A stretch of 38,352 bases of DNA from Candidatus Azambacteria bacterium RIFCSPLOWO2_01_FULL_46_26 (lineage in GTDB: Bacteria > Patescibacteriota > Minisyncoccia > UBA9936): assembly GCA_001774105.1 (NCBI GenBank), contig MEYT01000036.1, forward strand, positions 1 to 38,352, read 5' to 3'. The translations under genes were made by a program, and so were the position numbers. The notes under the pieces were generated by a model. The model was not told the origin of the DNA, searched no databases, and saw nothing but the letters and a program-made list of their open reading frames with translations. Positions 9,230 to 17,933 of the stretch are shown here, piece after piece; position 1 is the first letter of the stretch, and each line of letters opens with the position of its first letter.

Positions 9230-10384
9230 TTACTTCATTTTCTTTCTGATGAACGTCGGGATGTCCCATTCGGTTTCGTCTTTCAAATCCGAATCTGACG
9301 AAGCAATCTTCTTGGTTTTGTGGTCGGCGCTCTGCCGAAAGAGTTCCTCGGACGGCGCCTTCTTCTCCGTTTCGGCGTTCGCGGCGCCGTTTATTTTTAA
9401 AGGTAATGAAACGGTTTTAACCGGCGCCCCCTCGTCAAAACCGGTGGCTATAACGGTTACTCTAATCTCGCCTTTCTTTAACTTATCGTCATGTATCGCG
9501 CCAAAGATGATTTTGGCGTCGGAGTCAATCGATTCGGTTATTACTTTGGCCGCCTCGTTGACTTCAAGCATGCCGAGATCCTGGCCGCCGCTGATGGAGA
9601 AAAGAACGCCTTTTGCGCCGTCAATGGAAAGTTCAAGCAAAGGAGAATTTATGGCCGCCTTAGCCGCGACAATCGCCCGATCTTCGCCTGTGGCCGAGCC
9701 GATACCCATCAAAGCCGAACCCGCGTTCTGCATAATCGCCCGGATGTCGGCGAAGTCAACGTTAATTATTCCCGGATAGGTGATTAAATTGGAAATTCCC
9801 TGCACGCCCTGGCGCAAGACATCGTCAACCTTCGCGAAAGCGTCAATTAAAGAAGTGTTTCTGTCAATAATCTGCAAAATCCTGTCGTTGGGAATGACAA
9901 TAAGCGCGTCAACACGCTCTTTCAATTGAGCCCATCCTTCTTCGGCGAGCTGCCTTCGCTGAGCGCCTTCAAAACTGAAAGGTTTCGTCACAACGCCTAT
10001 GGTCAAAGCGCCCGAATCCTTGGCAATCTCCGCGATCACCGGCGAAGCGCCAGTGCCGGTTCCGCCGCCCAAACCGCAGGTAATGAAAACCATGTCCGCG
10101 CCTTTGAGCGCCTGCTGAATCTCTTCCCTGTTTTCTTCGGCCGCCTGGCGGCCGATTTCTGGATTCATTCCGGCGCCCAATCCTCGCGTCGCGTTTTTGC
10201 CAATGTGAATTTTTTCATTGGCTTTGCAGTTATGCAAATCTTGGGCGTCGGTGTTGACGGCCAAAAACTCGACACCTTTGATGTTCGCCGCCACCATCCT
10301 TGATATGGCGTTCCCGCCGCCGCCGCCGACTCCGACCACTTTAATTTTCGCGAATGTCTCCATGTCCGGTTTTATTTGAGGCAT
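9230..10384 (-). CDS. ftsZ: Cell division protein FtsZ
   Basis: [16 protein letters not shown] tubulin signature, NVDFAD and C-terminal DIPTFIRK. Confidence 0.99.
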   Translation of the reverse strand: MPQIKPDMETFAKIKVVGVGGGGGNAISRMVAANIKGVEFLAVNTDAQDLHNCKANEKIHIGKNATRGLGAGMNPEIGRQAAEENREEIQQALKGADMVFITCGLGGGTGTGASPVIAEIAKDSGALTIGVVTKPFSFEGAQRRQLAEEGWAQLKERVDALIVIPNDRILQIIDRNTSLIDAFAKVDDVLRQGVQGISNLITYPGIINVDFADIRAIMQNAGSALMGIGSATGEDRAIVAAKAAINSPLLELSIDGAKGVLFSISGGQDLGMLEVNEAAKVITESIDSDAKIIFGAIHDDKLKKGEIRVTVIATGFDEGAPVKTVSLPLKINGAANAETEKKAPSEELFRQSADHKTKKIASSDSDLKDETEWDIPTFIRKKMK

Positions 10385-10392
10385 AAATGTTA

Positions 10393-10477
10393 TAATTTCT
10401 AATTTCTAATTTCTAATTTCTAATTTCTAATTTCTAATAATTTGAAAATTTGGATTTAATTGAAAATTGGAAATTTC
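10393..10477. repeat. Heptamer tandem array (TAATTTC)x6 followed by degenerate inverted copies
   Basis: Six exact units at 10393-10434, then GAAAATT/GGAAATT-like units to about 10477, filling the ftsA-ftsZ spacer. Confidence 0.92.
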
Positions 10478-10478
10478 T

Positions 10479-11729
10479 TTAAGGCAGTATCGCCCTGAAC
10501 CAATGCTTAATTTTATCAAAAATTGAGCCGTCCATCAATGGGATTTTTGGGACCATTGAACCGAGCCCCTCTTTCTTGCCTTCAAGGTCCTGACCCATCA
10601 ATACAAGGCCGAGGGCGCAAGCGAAAGTGGGGTCGTCAACCCTGTCAACCAAGCCGCCCAATTCTTCGGCCGGAAAGCCGATTTGCGCCGGCAATTTCAA
10701 TTCCCTTTTGGCCAAATCAACGAGTCCTTGCAATTTCGCTCCGCCTCCGACGAGGATGACTCCGGCCGGCAGCATGCCCTGGCGGTTTATCTTTTTTAAT
10801 TCTTTATTTACCAGATCAAAAATCTCGCAAATCCTCGCTTCAATGATGTCCGCCAGCATCCGTCGCGAAACTTTCGTTTGATCTTCAACGCCGAACTTCG
10901 CCAAATCAATCGTTTCTTTTTTCCCGATTTCCGAGGCCGCGCATGAACCGTACTCCAATTTTATTTTTTCGGCAACGTCAATGGAAGTTCTCAAGCCGAT
11001 CGCGATGTCGTTCGTAATGTGTCCGGAACCGATCGGCAAAATATTCGCGTAAACAATGTCTCCGTCTTCAAACACGCCCAGTCCCGTCGTGCCGGCGCCC
11101 AGATCGAGGGTTAAAACGCCCAGCTCTTTTTGACGGGAATTCAGAACGGCGCGGCTTGAAGCCAAAGAAGACAAAATGAATTCACTCGGTTCGATTCCCG
11201 CCTCCGACAAACACTTGTTTAAATTTTTTAAAACCGGCGTTGAGCCCTCAATGATCAGAACGTCGACTTCCAAACGGATGCCGTGCATGCCGACAGGGTC
11301 TTTTATGCCTTTTTCGCTGTCAATGATGAATTCTCTCGGAATTACGTGAAGTATTTCGCGATTCGCCGCGAGGGTCACCGCCTCGGCCTGGCGGATCACG
11401 CGCATTACGTCATCCTCCGAAATCTCCTGATCCGCCCTTGATACCGCGACCACCCCGCGGGACGAACGGCAGCCGATGTGGCTTCCGCCGACGCTCACGT
11501 AGGCCTCACGAACGGAAACGCCGCTTGCCCGCTCGGCCATTTTCACGGCTTCCCGTATGCTTCTTGCCGCGGCGTCAATGTCGGTAATTATGCCTCTTCG
11601 CAATCCGTTCACGGAAGATTGGCCCGTCCCAAGAATACGAAGTTTCTGCGCCGCTCCGAGCTTCTGGGCAACGACCGTTTGAACCGTGGAAGTTCCGATG
11701 TCTAAACCTATGATGATGTCGTTTTTCAT
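10479..11729 (-). CDS. ftsA: Cell division protein FtsA
   Basis: GLDIGT, DPVGMHGIRLE, DLGAGTT, ITNDIA, AEKIK and GGGAKL motifs; upstream of ftsZ. Confidence 0.98.
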   Translation of the reverse strand: MKNDIIIGLDIGTSTVQTVVAQKLGAAQKLRILGTGQSSVNGLRRGIITDIDAAARSIREAVKMAERASGVSVREAYVSVGGSHIGCRSSRGVVAVSRADQEISEDDVMRVIRQAEAVTLAANREILHVIPREFIIDSEKGIKDPVGMHGIRLEVDVLIIEGSTPVLKNLNKCLSEAGIEPSEFILSSLASSRAVLNSRQKELGVLTLDLGAGTTGLGVFEDGDIVYANILPIGSGHITNDIAIGLRTSIDVAEKIKLEYGSCAASEIGKKETIDLAKFGVEDQTKVSRRMLADIIEARICEIFDLVNKELKKINRQGMLPAGVILVGGGAKLQGLVDLAKRELKLPAQIGFPAEELGGLVDRVDDPTFACALGLVLMGQDLEGKKEGLGSMVPKIPLMDGSIFDKIKHWFRAILP

Positions 11730-11744
11730 AACGAATGCGAATTT

Positions 11745-12206
11745 TTATTTGATTATTTCCATTATTTTACTTTGGGTTTTCTCCATTTTTTTTGCTTCCC
11801 TCGCGCTCCGCTCGTGTTCGTATCCCGCCAGATGCAATATGCCGTGAATCAGCAAAATAGTCAGTTCTTTCAATAATGAATGTTTGCTTCGTTTTGCCTG
11901 TTTCCGCGCAACCGGCAAACAGACGACTACCTCTCCCAATCTTATAATTTTTTCCGGCGCTTTGACAAATTTTTTGCCCCGTTCAATCTGGCTGAACGAC
12001 AGGACGTCGGTCGGCTTGTCTTTGCCTCTATACGTTTTATTCAGCGCCCGCATTCTTTTCCCGCCGACCAGCGCCAAACTCACTTCCGCTTCCTTGCCCC
12101 GAGCCAAGCCGAGGGGTTTTTTTATCTCCTCAAGCGCCGCTTCCGCCGCTTGCTTAAGACGCTTCTCTTCAATCCTTGTTTTGGTAAGATTATTAATTTC
12201 AATCAT
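11745..12206 (-). CDS. ybeY: rRNA maturation endoribonuclease YbeY
   Basis: LNKTYRGKDKPTDVLSF and HGILHLAGYEH motifs. Confidence 0.97.
   Translation of the reverse strand: MIEINNLTKTRIEEKRLKQAAEAALEEIKKPLGLARGKEAEVSLALVGGKRMRALNKTYRGKDKPTDVLSFSQIERGKKFVKAPEKIIRLGEVVVCLPVARKQAKRSKHSLLKELTILLIHGILHLAGYEHERSAREAKKMEKTQSKIMEIIK
12096..12116. repeat. REP-like element inserted in frame in ybeY
   Basis: GCCCCGAGCCAAGCCGAGGGG (PLGLARG); near match to the element at 26945-26964 in leuS. Confidence 0.7.
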
Positions 12207-12676
12207 CCTAATTTGGCCATTTCTTCTTTCACAATCTTACTGACCGCCCCTCCCTCGGCGCGGCCCTTTGTCTCTCTCATCAGCGCGGCCATCACTTTCC
12301 CAAAATCTTTTTCGCTTTTGGCTCCGGATTTCGCGATTGCCTCTTTAACTTTTGCCCTCAATTCTTCTTCGCTCATCTGCGCCGGCAAGTACGCCATAAG
12401 CATATCAAGCTCGGATTTTTCTTTGGCCGCCAGCTCAGGCCTGCCGCCCTTTTCAAACTGTTCGCTCGCGTCTTTGCGTTTTTTTGCTTCGCTTGAAATC
12501 ACCCCGAGCAATTCTTCTTCGGTCAATTCAACGTCCCGTCCGGTCTTCTCTCTTGTCCTTTTTTCGATTTGCTTATTATAAATCGCGGAAATGAGCATTC
12601 TTAAAACCGAACGCTTTAATTCGTCGCCGGTCTTAAACGTTTCTTTTAAATCGGATTGGATTTTTTGAAGCGTCAT
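12203..12676 (-). CDS. GatB/YqeY domain protein
   Basis: KKRKDASEQFEKGGRPELAAKE, YLPAQMSEEE and DFGKVM; usual position downstream of rpsU. Confidence 0.94.
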   Translation of the reverse strand: MTLQKIQSDLKETFKTGDELKRSVLRMLISAIYNKQIEKRTREKTGRDVELTEEELLGVISSEAKKRKDASEQFEKGGRPELAAKEKSELDMLMAYLPAQMSEEELRAKVKEAIAKSGAKSEKDFGKVMAALMRETKGRAEGGAVSKIVKEEMAKLG

Positions 12677-12681
12677 GCGAT

Positions 12682-12930
12682 TTAACGGTATTTTTTGTAC
12701 GGTTTTTCCTCTTCCTTCAAAAGACCGAGCTTTCTCAGCTTCTCCATTTCTTTGGTTTTTTCGATTCTATAAAGCGCGGAAAGTTTTTTCTGCCGTTTGG
12801 TCGGTTCCGCCCGGTGATACCTTTTCTTTCTCGCTTCAACCAAAACATGGCTTTGCTGCACCCTGCGGGTAAAGCGCCTCAAAAAACTTCCTGTTGTTTC
12901 TTTTTCTTTTTTCTTTAAAAATACCGGCAT
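12682..12930 (-). CDS. rpsU: 30S ribosomal protein S21
   Basis: Basic protein with LRRFTRRVQQS and KKRYH; SD GAAAGGAGG before the ATG at 12930; HIT-rpsU-yqeY synteny. Confidence 0.8.
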   Translation of the reverse strand: MPVFLKKKEKETTGSFLRRFTRRVQQSHVLVEARKKRYHRAEPTKRQKKLSALYRIEKTKEMEKLRKLGLLKEEEKPYKKYR

Positions 12931-12952
12931 AAAAACACCTCCTTTCAATTGT

Positions 12953-13022
12953 TACGAATTTACGAATCCGTACGAATACACGAATAAAAATGTTCTCATT
13001 CGTACATTCGTAACAATTCGTA
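12953..13022. repeat. TACGAAT short-repeat cluster with inverted ATTCGTA copies
   Basis: TACGAAT at 12953, 12961, 12971 and CACGAAT at 12979; ATTCGTA at 12998, 13006, 13016. Confidence 0.85.
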
Positions 13023-13031
13023 CATCCGCGG

Positions 13032-13391
13032 TCAAGGCATTCCTCTCTTTTCTCCGGCCTTCCATCCTCCAAGCAAATGCAAATGCAAATGATCAATCAA
13101 CTGGCCGCCGCCACGCCCGACGTTGAAAACCAATTTGTAACCGGTCTCATCCAGGCCAAAATCTTTTGCCGCTTTTTTGGCCGCCAAAAACATGGCAGTT
13201 ATCATTTTTTCGTCTTCCGGCTCCAGATCGTTTACGGAATCAATGTGTCTTTGCTCCATTTTCGGGACAATCAAGAGGTGGATTGGGGCGCTGGGACGAA
13301 TGTCCTTAAAAACCATCAACTCATCGGCATCATAAACTATCTCCGACGGCAATTGTTTATTTACGATTTTGCAAAAAAGACAAGTTGTCAC
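13032..13391 (-). CDS. HIT (histidine triad) nucleotide-binding protein
   Basis: CLFCKI, FKDIRPSAPIHLLIVPK and HLHLHLLGG; GTG at 13391 preferred over TTG at 13406, start uncertain. Confidence 0.95.
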   Translation of the reverse strand: MTTCLFCKIVNKQLPSEIVYDADELMVFKDIRPSAPIHLLIVPKMEQRHIDSVNDLEPEDEKMITAMFLAAKKAAKDFGLDETGYKLVFNVGRGGGQLIDHLHLHLLGGWKAGEKRGMP

Positions 13392-13404
13392 AAGTATCGA
13401 TGCC

Positions 13405-13487
13405 AATATACGAATTGATACTAATTATACGAATGCGGGGATTTAGTATCAGTATTTATTCGTATCATTAGTATGCATTCGTATATT
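13405..13487. repeat. Second TAC(G/T)AAT / ATT(C/A)GTA inverted short-repeat cluster
   Basis: TACGAAT 13409, TACTAAT 13419, TACGAAT 13428; ATTCGTA 13458, ATTAGTA 13467, ATTCGTA 13477. Confidence 0.85.
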
Positions 13488-13496
13488 TGCATCGCG

Positions 13497-14783
13497 TTAT
13501 TTCTTCAATCTCTTCTTCACTTCGTTCAAAATTTTCTCAAGCGGAATGATTTCCTGAACTCCGGACGACATTTCCCGCAAAATAATGTTTCCGTCCATCA
13601 CCTCTTTTTGTCCCAAAATCAAACTGATCTGCGTTCCAATTTTATCGGCAATCCGAAGCTGGGCTTTTATGCTTTGTTTGCTGAACGCTTCGGCGGGCGC
13701 GAGACCGGCTTTGCGAAACTCCTCAAATAAAACCAGACTCTTTTTCTTCGCCCGATCGCCCAATTGAATCAAAAATATTTTCGGGCGAATGCCGGCCGAA
13801 GGAACTTTGATTTCCTGGACCTTCATTAAATTGACCGTCCGTTCCACCCCTCCCGCGGCACCCATGGCTGGCGTGCTTTTGCCGCCCAAAACCTCAATAA
13901 AATCGTCAAAACGTCCGCCGGCGCCCAAAGCCGCGACTTGCGTCTGAGCGCTGTCGGGCCAAATTTCAAAAACCGTTTTCGTGTAATAATCCAACCCGCG
14001 CACCAAAAAAGGGTTCAAATTATAGGGCAGTTCAAGCTCGTCCAAAAATTCCAGAACGCTCTTGAAATGATCGTGGCATTCTTTGCAAAGGTGATCAACC
14101 GTGTGCGGCGCCTGACTCTTGAAAAGCTGACATTTTTCGTCTTTGCAGTCAAGGAGCCGCAATGGATTTTCTTTAAAACGCCGGCGGCAATCCGAGCAAA
14201 GCTTTTTAACCCGATTGCGGTAATAATCTTTAAGCAGAGAACGGTAGCCGGGCCGGCAGACCTTGCAGCCGATACTGTTGATTTGAACGGTTAAACCCTT
14301 GATGCCGAGCTCCGAATAAATATTATAAAAAACTTTTATCAGCTGGGCGTCAATCACGGGATCGGATTCTCCGATGACTTCAAAACCGAATTGGTAAAAT
14401 TGGCGATAGCGTCCGGATTGCGGCTGTTCGTAACGGAACATCGGGCCGAAATAGAACAACTTCAACGGCTGGGGCATAACGGAAAGGCCGTGCTCGATGT
14501 ACGCCCGCATGACTCCGGCCGTTCCTTCCGGCCTTAAAGTCAAGGAATCGCCTCCTTTGGTTTTAAAGGTGAACGTCTGTTTTTCCACGATGTCGGAAGA
14601 CAGTCCGAGAGTTTTCGAAAAAAGTCCGCTGTCTTCCGCGATCGGCGAGTCAATTCGTTTAAAGCCATATTCGGCCGCCAAAGTTCTGACGACTTTTCTC
14701 AGCCGCTCCCAGTATTTTTGGTCCTGCGGCAAAATGTCGTGAAAACCTTTAGGCGTTTGAAAAATTTGAGCGGTTTTTGGCAT
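13497..14783 (-). CDS. hisS: Histidine--tRNA ligase
   Basis: LRPEGTA, FRYEQPQSGRYRQFYQ, LVRGLDYYT and GGRFD motifs. Confidence 0.98.
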   Translation of the reverse strand: MPKTAQIFQTPKGFHDILPQDQKYWERLRKVVRTLAAEYGFKRIDSPIAEDSGLFSKTLGLSSDIVEKQTFTFKTKGGDSLTLRPEGTAGVMRAYIEHGLSVMPQPLKLFYFGPMFRYEQPQSGRYRQFYQFGFEVIGESDPVIDAQLIKVFYNIYSELGIKGLTVQINSIGCKVCRPGYRSLLKDYYRNRVKKLCSDCRRRFKENPLRLLDCKDEKCQLFKSQAPHTVDHLCKECHDHFKSVLEFLDELELPYNLNPFLVRGLDYYTKTVFEIWPDSAQTQVAALGAGGRFDDFIEVLGGKSTPAMGAAGGVERTVNLMKVQEIKVPSAGIRPKIFLIQLGDRAKKKSLVLFEEFRKAGLAPAEAFSKQSIKAQLRIADKIGTQISLILGQKEVMDGNIILREMSSGVQEIIPLEKILNEVKKRLKK

Positions 14784-14801
14784 AAGTTACGAATTCGTAA
14801 A

Positions 14802-15359
14802 TTAGTAATTTGGCGTTTCGAACGCTTGCGCTTTGTTGATAGGCCATGCTCTCAGCCATGTCCGGCCGACAATATAGGACCCGGACAATTTTCCGAAACG
14901 GCGGGAATCCAAAGAAAAATCGCGATTGTCTCCCAAAACAAAATAATCGTCAGAACCCAAGGACGCGTCCAAATCGCCCCGGGTAATCCGTCCGCGCAAA
15001 TACGCGCTTTCATCCAAAACAAACCCTTCCGGCTGATTCCGGTTAAAAATTTTCACGATCCCGCCTTCAATCTTCACCCGCTCTCCCGGCAAGCCGATTA
15101 TTCGCTTGATGAAATATTGGGAAGTGTCTTGCGGATACTTCAGCACAATGACATCCCCGCGCTTTGGCTCGGAAAAACGGTAAGAAATCTCGTCAACAAT
15201 CAAATAATCCCGGTCGTAAAAATTCGGCTCCATGCTCGCCCCGCGGACGAAAAACGGTTGAATGACGAAATAACGGATCGGCCCGACGATTAAAAGAGAT
15301 ATGACCGTCAGCTTGGTTATTTCCCAAAGAAAAATTTTAATCTGCCGTAAAAAATTCAT
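14802..15359 (-). CDS. lepB: Signal peptidase I
   Basis: GASMEPN (catalytic Ser), FIKRIIGLPGE (Lys), GDNRDFSLDSR; ATG at 15359 is the likely start. Confidence 0.96.
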   Translation of the reverse strand: MNFLRQIKIFLWEITKLTVISLLIVGPIRYFVIQPFFVRGASMEPNFYDRDYLIVDEISYRFSEPKRGDVIVLKYPQDTSQYFIKRIIGLPGERVKIEGGIVKIFNRNQPEGFVLDESAYLRGRITRGDLDASLGSDDYFVLGDNRDFSLDSRRFGKLSGSYIVGRTWLRAWPINKAQAFETPNY

Positions 15360-15417
15360 GTTTTGTGCTTCCAAGTTAGCACAGATTTTTAAAAAAATCA
15401 AATTCTCTTGCAATTAG

Positions 15418-15819
15418 GATTACGCCGCGGTTTTTTTGAAAATCGGAAAAAAATACGGCTTAAAACAATTGCTGAACATAACCGTCCTTCTTGGGGTAAT
15501 CAGCACGATCTGGTATCTCTGGCTTGTCGGCGAGAAAACGGCCATTGCTTTCAGCATCCTCGGCGGCATTGTTTCAATGGTTACGCTTTTGGCGATTCTT
15601 GATCTGGCGGCCCGTTCCTGCCCGAAAATGGCCGAAGGGACTTTTTTCGCTCTCTTAATGTCGGTCTACAACGGCGGAGCAATGGTCTCAAAGGTCCTTG
15701 GCGGTTTTCTTCTTCAATACACCGGCTTGCAAACTCTCATTATTATCAGCGCGGTCTTCACCGCTTTCTGCTGGCTATTGGTTCCTCTGATAAAATTAGA
15801 GGACGAAAATTTACATTAG
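15418..15819 (+). pseudogene. C-terminal fragment of a BT1/folate-biopterin-type MFS transporter
   Basis: Only about four TM helices; ARSCPKMAEGTFFALLMSVYN resembles the BT1 family motif; no ATG or SD, in-frame TAG at 15415-15417. Confidence 0.6.
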
Positions 15820-15834
15820 AGGACGAAAATTTAC
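15795..15834 (+). repeat. Exact 20-bp tandem duplication
   Basis: ATTAGAGGACGAAAATTTAC twice; the second copy supplies the TAG of the MFS fragment. Confidence 0.95.
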
Positions 15835-15838
15835 AAAG

Positions 15839-15863
15839 GCCCGTGTAACAGCGGGCTTTTTTT
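15839..15863 (+). terminator. Intrinsic terminator
   Basis: GCCCG...CGGGC stem followed by T7. Confidence 0.65.
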
Positions 15864-15875
15864 ATAATGAGCGGA

Positions 15876-15961
15876 GGGGACTAAATTTTGAAAATCGTAG
15901 GCGGGGGCGGCCAACCGAGTCTGCGAGGTTGGGGTTAAGCGATTTTCAAAATTTAGTCCCC
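15876..15961. repeat. 86-bp element with perfect 22-bp terminal inverted repeats
   Basis: GGGGACTAAATTTTGAAAATCG (15876-15897) and its reverse complement (15940-15961); internal CCAACC...GGTTGG. Confidence 0.85.
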
Positions 15962-15969
15962 GGAGCGTT

Positions 15970-17334
15970 TTATTGTAATAACTTCACCGCTTTAACAAAT
16001 TGCTCGCCTCTGTCAAATTCGTTTTGAAATAAATTGAACGAGGCGGCGGCGGGCGATAAAAGAACGGCATCTCTTTTTTGGGCGAGCCGCCGGGCATGAA
16101 TGACGGCCTGTTTCATGTCGGGCGCGTCAATCACGGCTTTTAATTTTAGATTTTTGGTTCGCGCGAGGTGTTTTTGAAATTCAACTTTCATCTTCTCGGT
16201 CGCCGAACCGGGAAGCAAAACAAGAAAATCCGCGTTTTTTAAAATTTCTCCGGCAAAAACCGAGTAATCCAAATTTTTATCCTCGCCGCCGGCGATAAGA
16301 ATTAAACGCCCGTTTTTAAACAACGACCTCGCGGCTTTGATTGCCTCAATCCCCGCGCCGGGATTTGTCGCGCCGGAGTCGTTGATGTAAGTGACGCCTT
16401 TGATTTTCCCGACTTTTTCCAAACGATGCGGTAGTAATTTGAGGCGCGGAATCAGCGATAAAATTTCTTTTCGCGAAATCTTAAAAAGTTTCGCGATCTC
16501 AATCGCGGCCGCGAGATTCGCGGCGTTGTGAGCGAGCGAGAGAAAAGGAATGGATTTTGCGACGATTTTTGAAAAATAAATTTTTTTTGAACGCGCGTTT
16601 TTTGTCAGTTTTTCAAGCAGGCGATTGTCTTCGGGAATTATAAGGAAATCCTCCGGTTTTTGAAATCTAAAAATATTCATTTTTGCTTTGGCGTATTGGG
16701 CAAAAGAAGAGTAGCGGTTCAGGTGGTCAGGAAAAATATTCGTGATTACAGCAATGTGAGGACTTTTTTTCTTTTCGGCCAGCGCCTCAAGCTGAAAACT
16801 GGAAAGCTCCAAAATAACCGGCCCGCCTTGACTCGGCGAGGCAAGCCCGCCTTTTTTGATTTTGGGCAGTACTTCCAAAACCGATTTGCCGATGTTTCCC
16901 CCCAAAACCGCGTTTTTGTATTTTCTTTTCAAAATTTGATGAATCAAAAAAGCGGTCGTTGACTTGCCTTTTGTGCCGGTAACGCCGACGACCGGCGCGG
17001 GACACAAATCAAAAAAAATTCCGACATCCGTCTCAATCGGAACTCCGCTCTTTTTCGCCAATGCCAAAAACTTGGATTCATTCGGAACTCCGGGATTTTT
17101 AATAATCAAATCGGCGTTTTTAAAATCTTCTTGACGATGTTTACCCAAAATATAACGAATCGGCAGCCCTTTCAATCGCCCCAATGACTCTCGTAATTTA
17201 CCCCTTGTCTTTAAATCCGTAACCAAAACCCTTGCCCCGGCCTTGGCAAAAAATTCAGCGGCCCCGACCCCTCCGCCGCTTATTCCAAGCCCCATTATCG
17301 TCACTTTTTTGTTTTTGAAATCAGATTTGACCAT
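15970..17334 (-). CDS. murD: UDP-N-acetylmuramoyl-L-alanine--D-glutamate ligase
   Basis: GLGISG, GVTGTKGKSTT, LELSSFQL, DHLNRY, HRLE, INDS and LLSPAAASF motifs. Confidence 0.97.
   Translation of the reverse strand: MVKSDFKNKKVTIMGLGISGGGVGAAEFFAKAGARVLVTDLKTRGKLRESLGRLKGLPIRYILGKHRQEDFKNADLIIKNPGVPNESKFLALAKKSGVPIETDVGIFFDLCPAPVVGVTGTKGKSTTAFLIHQILKRKYKNAVLGGNIGKSVLEVLPKIKKGGLASPSQGGPVILELSSFQLEALAEKKKSPHIAVITNIFPDHLNRYSSFAQYAKAKMNIFRFQKPEDFLIIPEDNRLLEKLTKNARSKKIYFSKIVAKSIPFLSLAHNAANLAAAIEIAKLFKISRKEILSLIPRLKLLPHRLEKVGKIKGVTYINDSGATNPGAGIEAIKAARSLFKNGRLILIAGGEDKNLDYSVFAGEILKNADFLVLLPGSATEKMKVEFQKHLARTKNLKLKAVIDAPDMKQAVIHARRLAQKRDAVLLSPAAASFNLFQNEFDRGEQFVKAVKLLQ
16821..16846. repeat. REP-like element inserted in frame in murD
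   Basis: Minus strand GCTTGCCTCGCCGAGTCAAGGCGGGC (LASPSQGG) just before ILELSSFQL; shares both ends with the element at 27546-27570. Confidence 0.7.
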
Positions 17335-17371
17335 TCTGTTTTAAATTTACCATAAACAAGCGGAAATAAGA

Positions 17372-17399
17372 AAAGGGTTCTCTTTTTTGAGAACCCTTT
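17372..17399 (-). terminator. Intrinsic terminator closing the cytochrome block
   Basis: AAAGGGTTCTC-tttttt-GAGAACCCTTT, T-rich downstream on the minus strand. Confidence 0.8.
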
Positions 17400-17411
17400 G
17401 TTGATTTAATT

Positions 17412-17585
17412 TTATCGATCGGCCAAGGCCAGAACGTAGCCCTTTTCAATCAACTCTTGCAAGCGCCATTTCGGCACGTAATCATAAACCAACTTCTTCT
17501 TTTCCTTGTCCCAGCAAAGAACGTGAACGTAACCTTGTTCTTCGCTAAGTTTTTTGACATCCTCAGGCGTAAAAGCTCTTGCCAC
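17412..17585 (-). CDS. 57-aa hypothetical protein (absent from the ORF track)
   Basis: SD AAGGAGG, GTG start; MARAFTPEDVKKLSEEQGYVHVLCWDKEKKKLVYDYVPKWRLQELIEKGYVLALADR; ends just before the terminator. Confidence 0.65.
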   Translation of the reverse strand: MARAFTPEDVKKLSEEQGYVHVLCWDKEKKKLVYDYVPKWRLQELIEKGYVLALADR

Positions 17586-17631
17586 GATTTTCCTCCTTCC
17601 AAACGCCTTCCATCACGCCATCCAATCTTTA

Positions 17632-17814
17632 CTAGTCCCTTATGGCCACATACATTGTCGCGAGAATAATTCCCAGCGCCATTGAGCCGAGTCCGGCAAG
17701 CGCGAACAAAAAAGGAGAATCGCTCGCGGCTCCGCCCAAAACTATCGTTATCGCGCCCCCGTACACCAAAAGTCTTGAAGACGCCGCAAGCGCCGAATGC
17801 CAAAAATTTCTCAT
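17632..17814 (-). CDS. 60-aa small membrane protein (two TM helices)
   Basis: SD AAGGAGG before the ATG; two hydrophobic segments. Confidence 0.65.
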   Translation of the reverse strand: MRNFWHSALAASSRLLVYGGAITIVLGGAASDSPFLFALAGLGSMALGIILATMYVAIRD

Positions 17815-17838
17815 TTGTCATCCTCCTTATAATCCTTG

Positions 17839-17925
17839 TCAGAATCCGAGCAGAGAAAGCGCCAAAAGCAAAAAACAAACGAAGTACAAAAACGCCAGCA
17901 CGGAAAGCTTTTCCCATTTTTCCAT
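17839..17925 (-). CDS. 28-aa single-TM peptide
   Basis: AGGAGAG SD overlapping the cytochrome c stop; MEKWEKLSVLAFLYFVCFLLLALSLLGF. Confidence 0.5.
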   Translation of the reverse strand: MEKWEKLSVLAFLYFVCFLLLALSLLGF

Positions 17926-17933
17926 TTTCTCTC

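Noticed and set aside
12953-13487. Possible CRISPR array
   Set aside because: Units are 7-10 bp with no unique 30-40 bp spacers, and there are no cas genes.
17450-17917. 155-aa minus-strand ORF and the 156-aa ORF 17839-18309
   Set aside because: Better explained by the cytochrome c gene plus three SD-led small ORFs in other frames.
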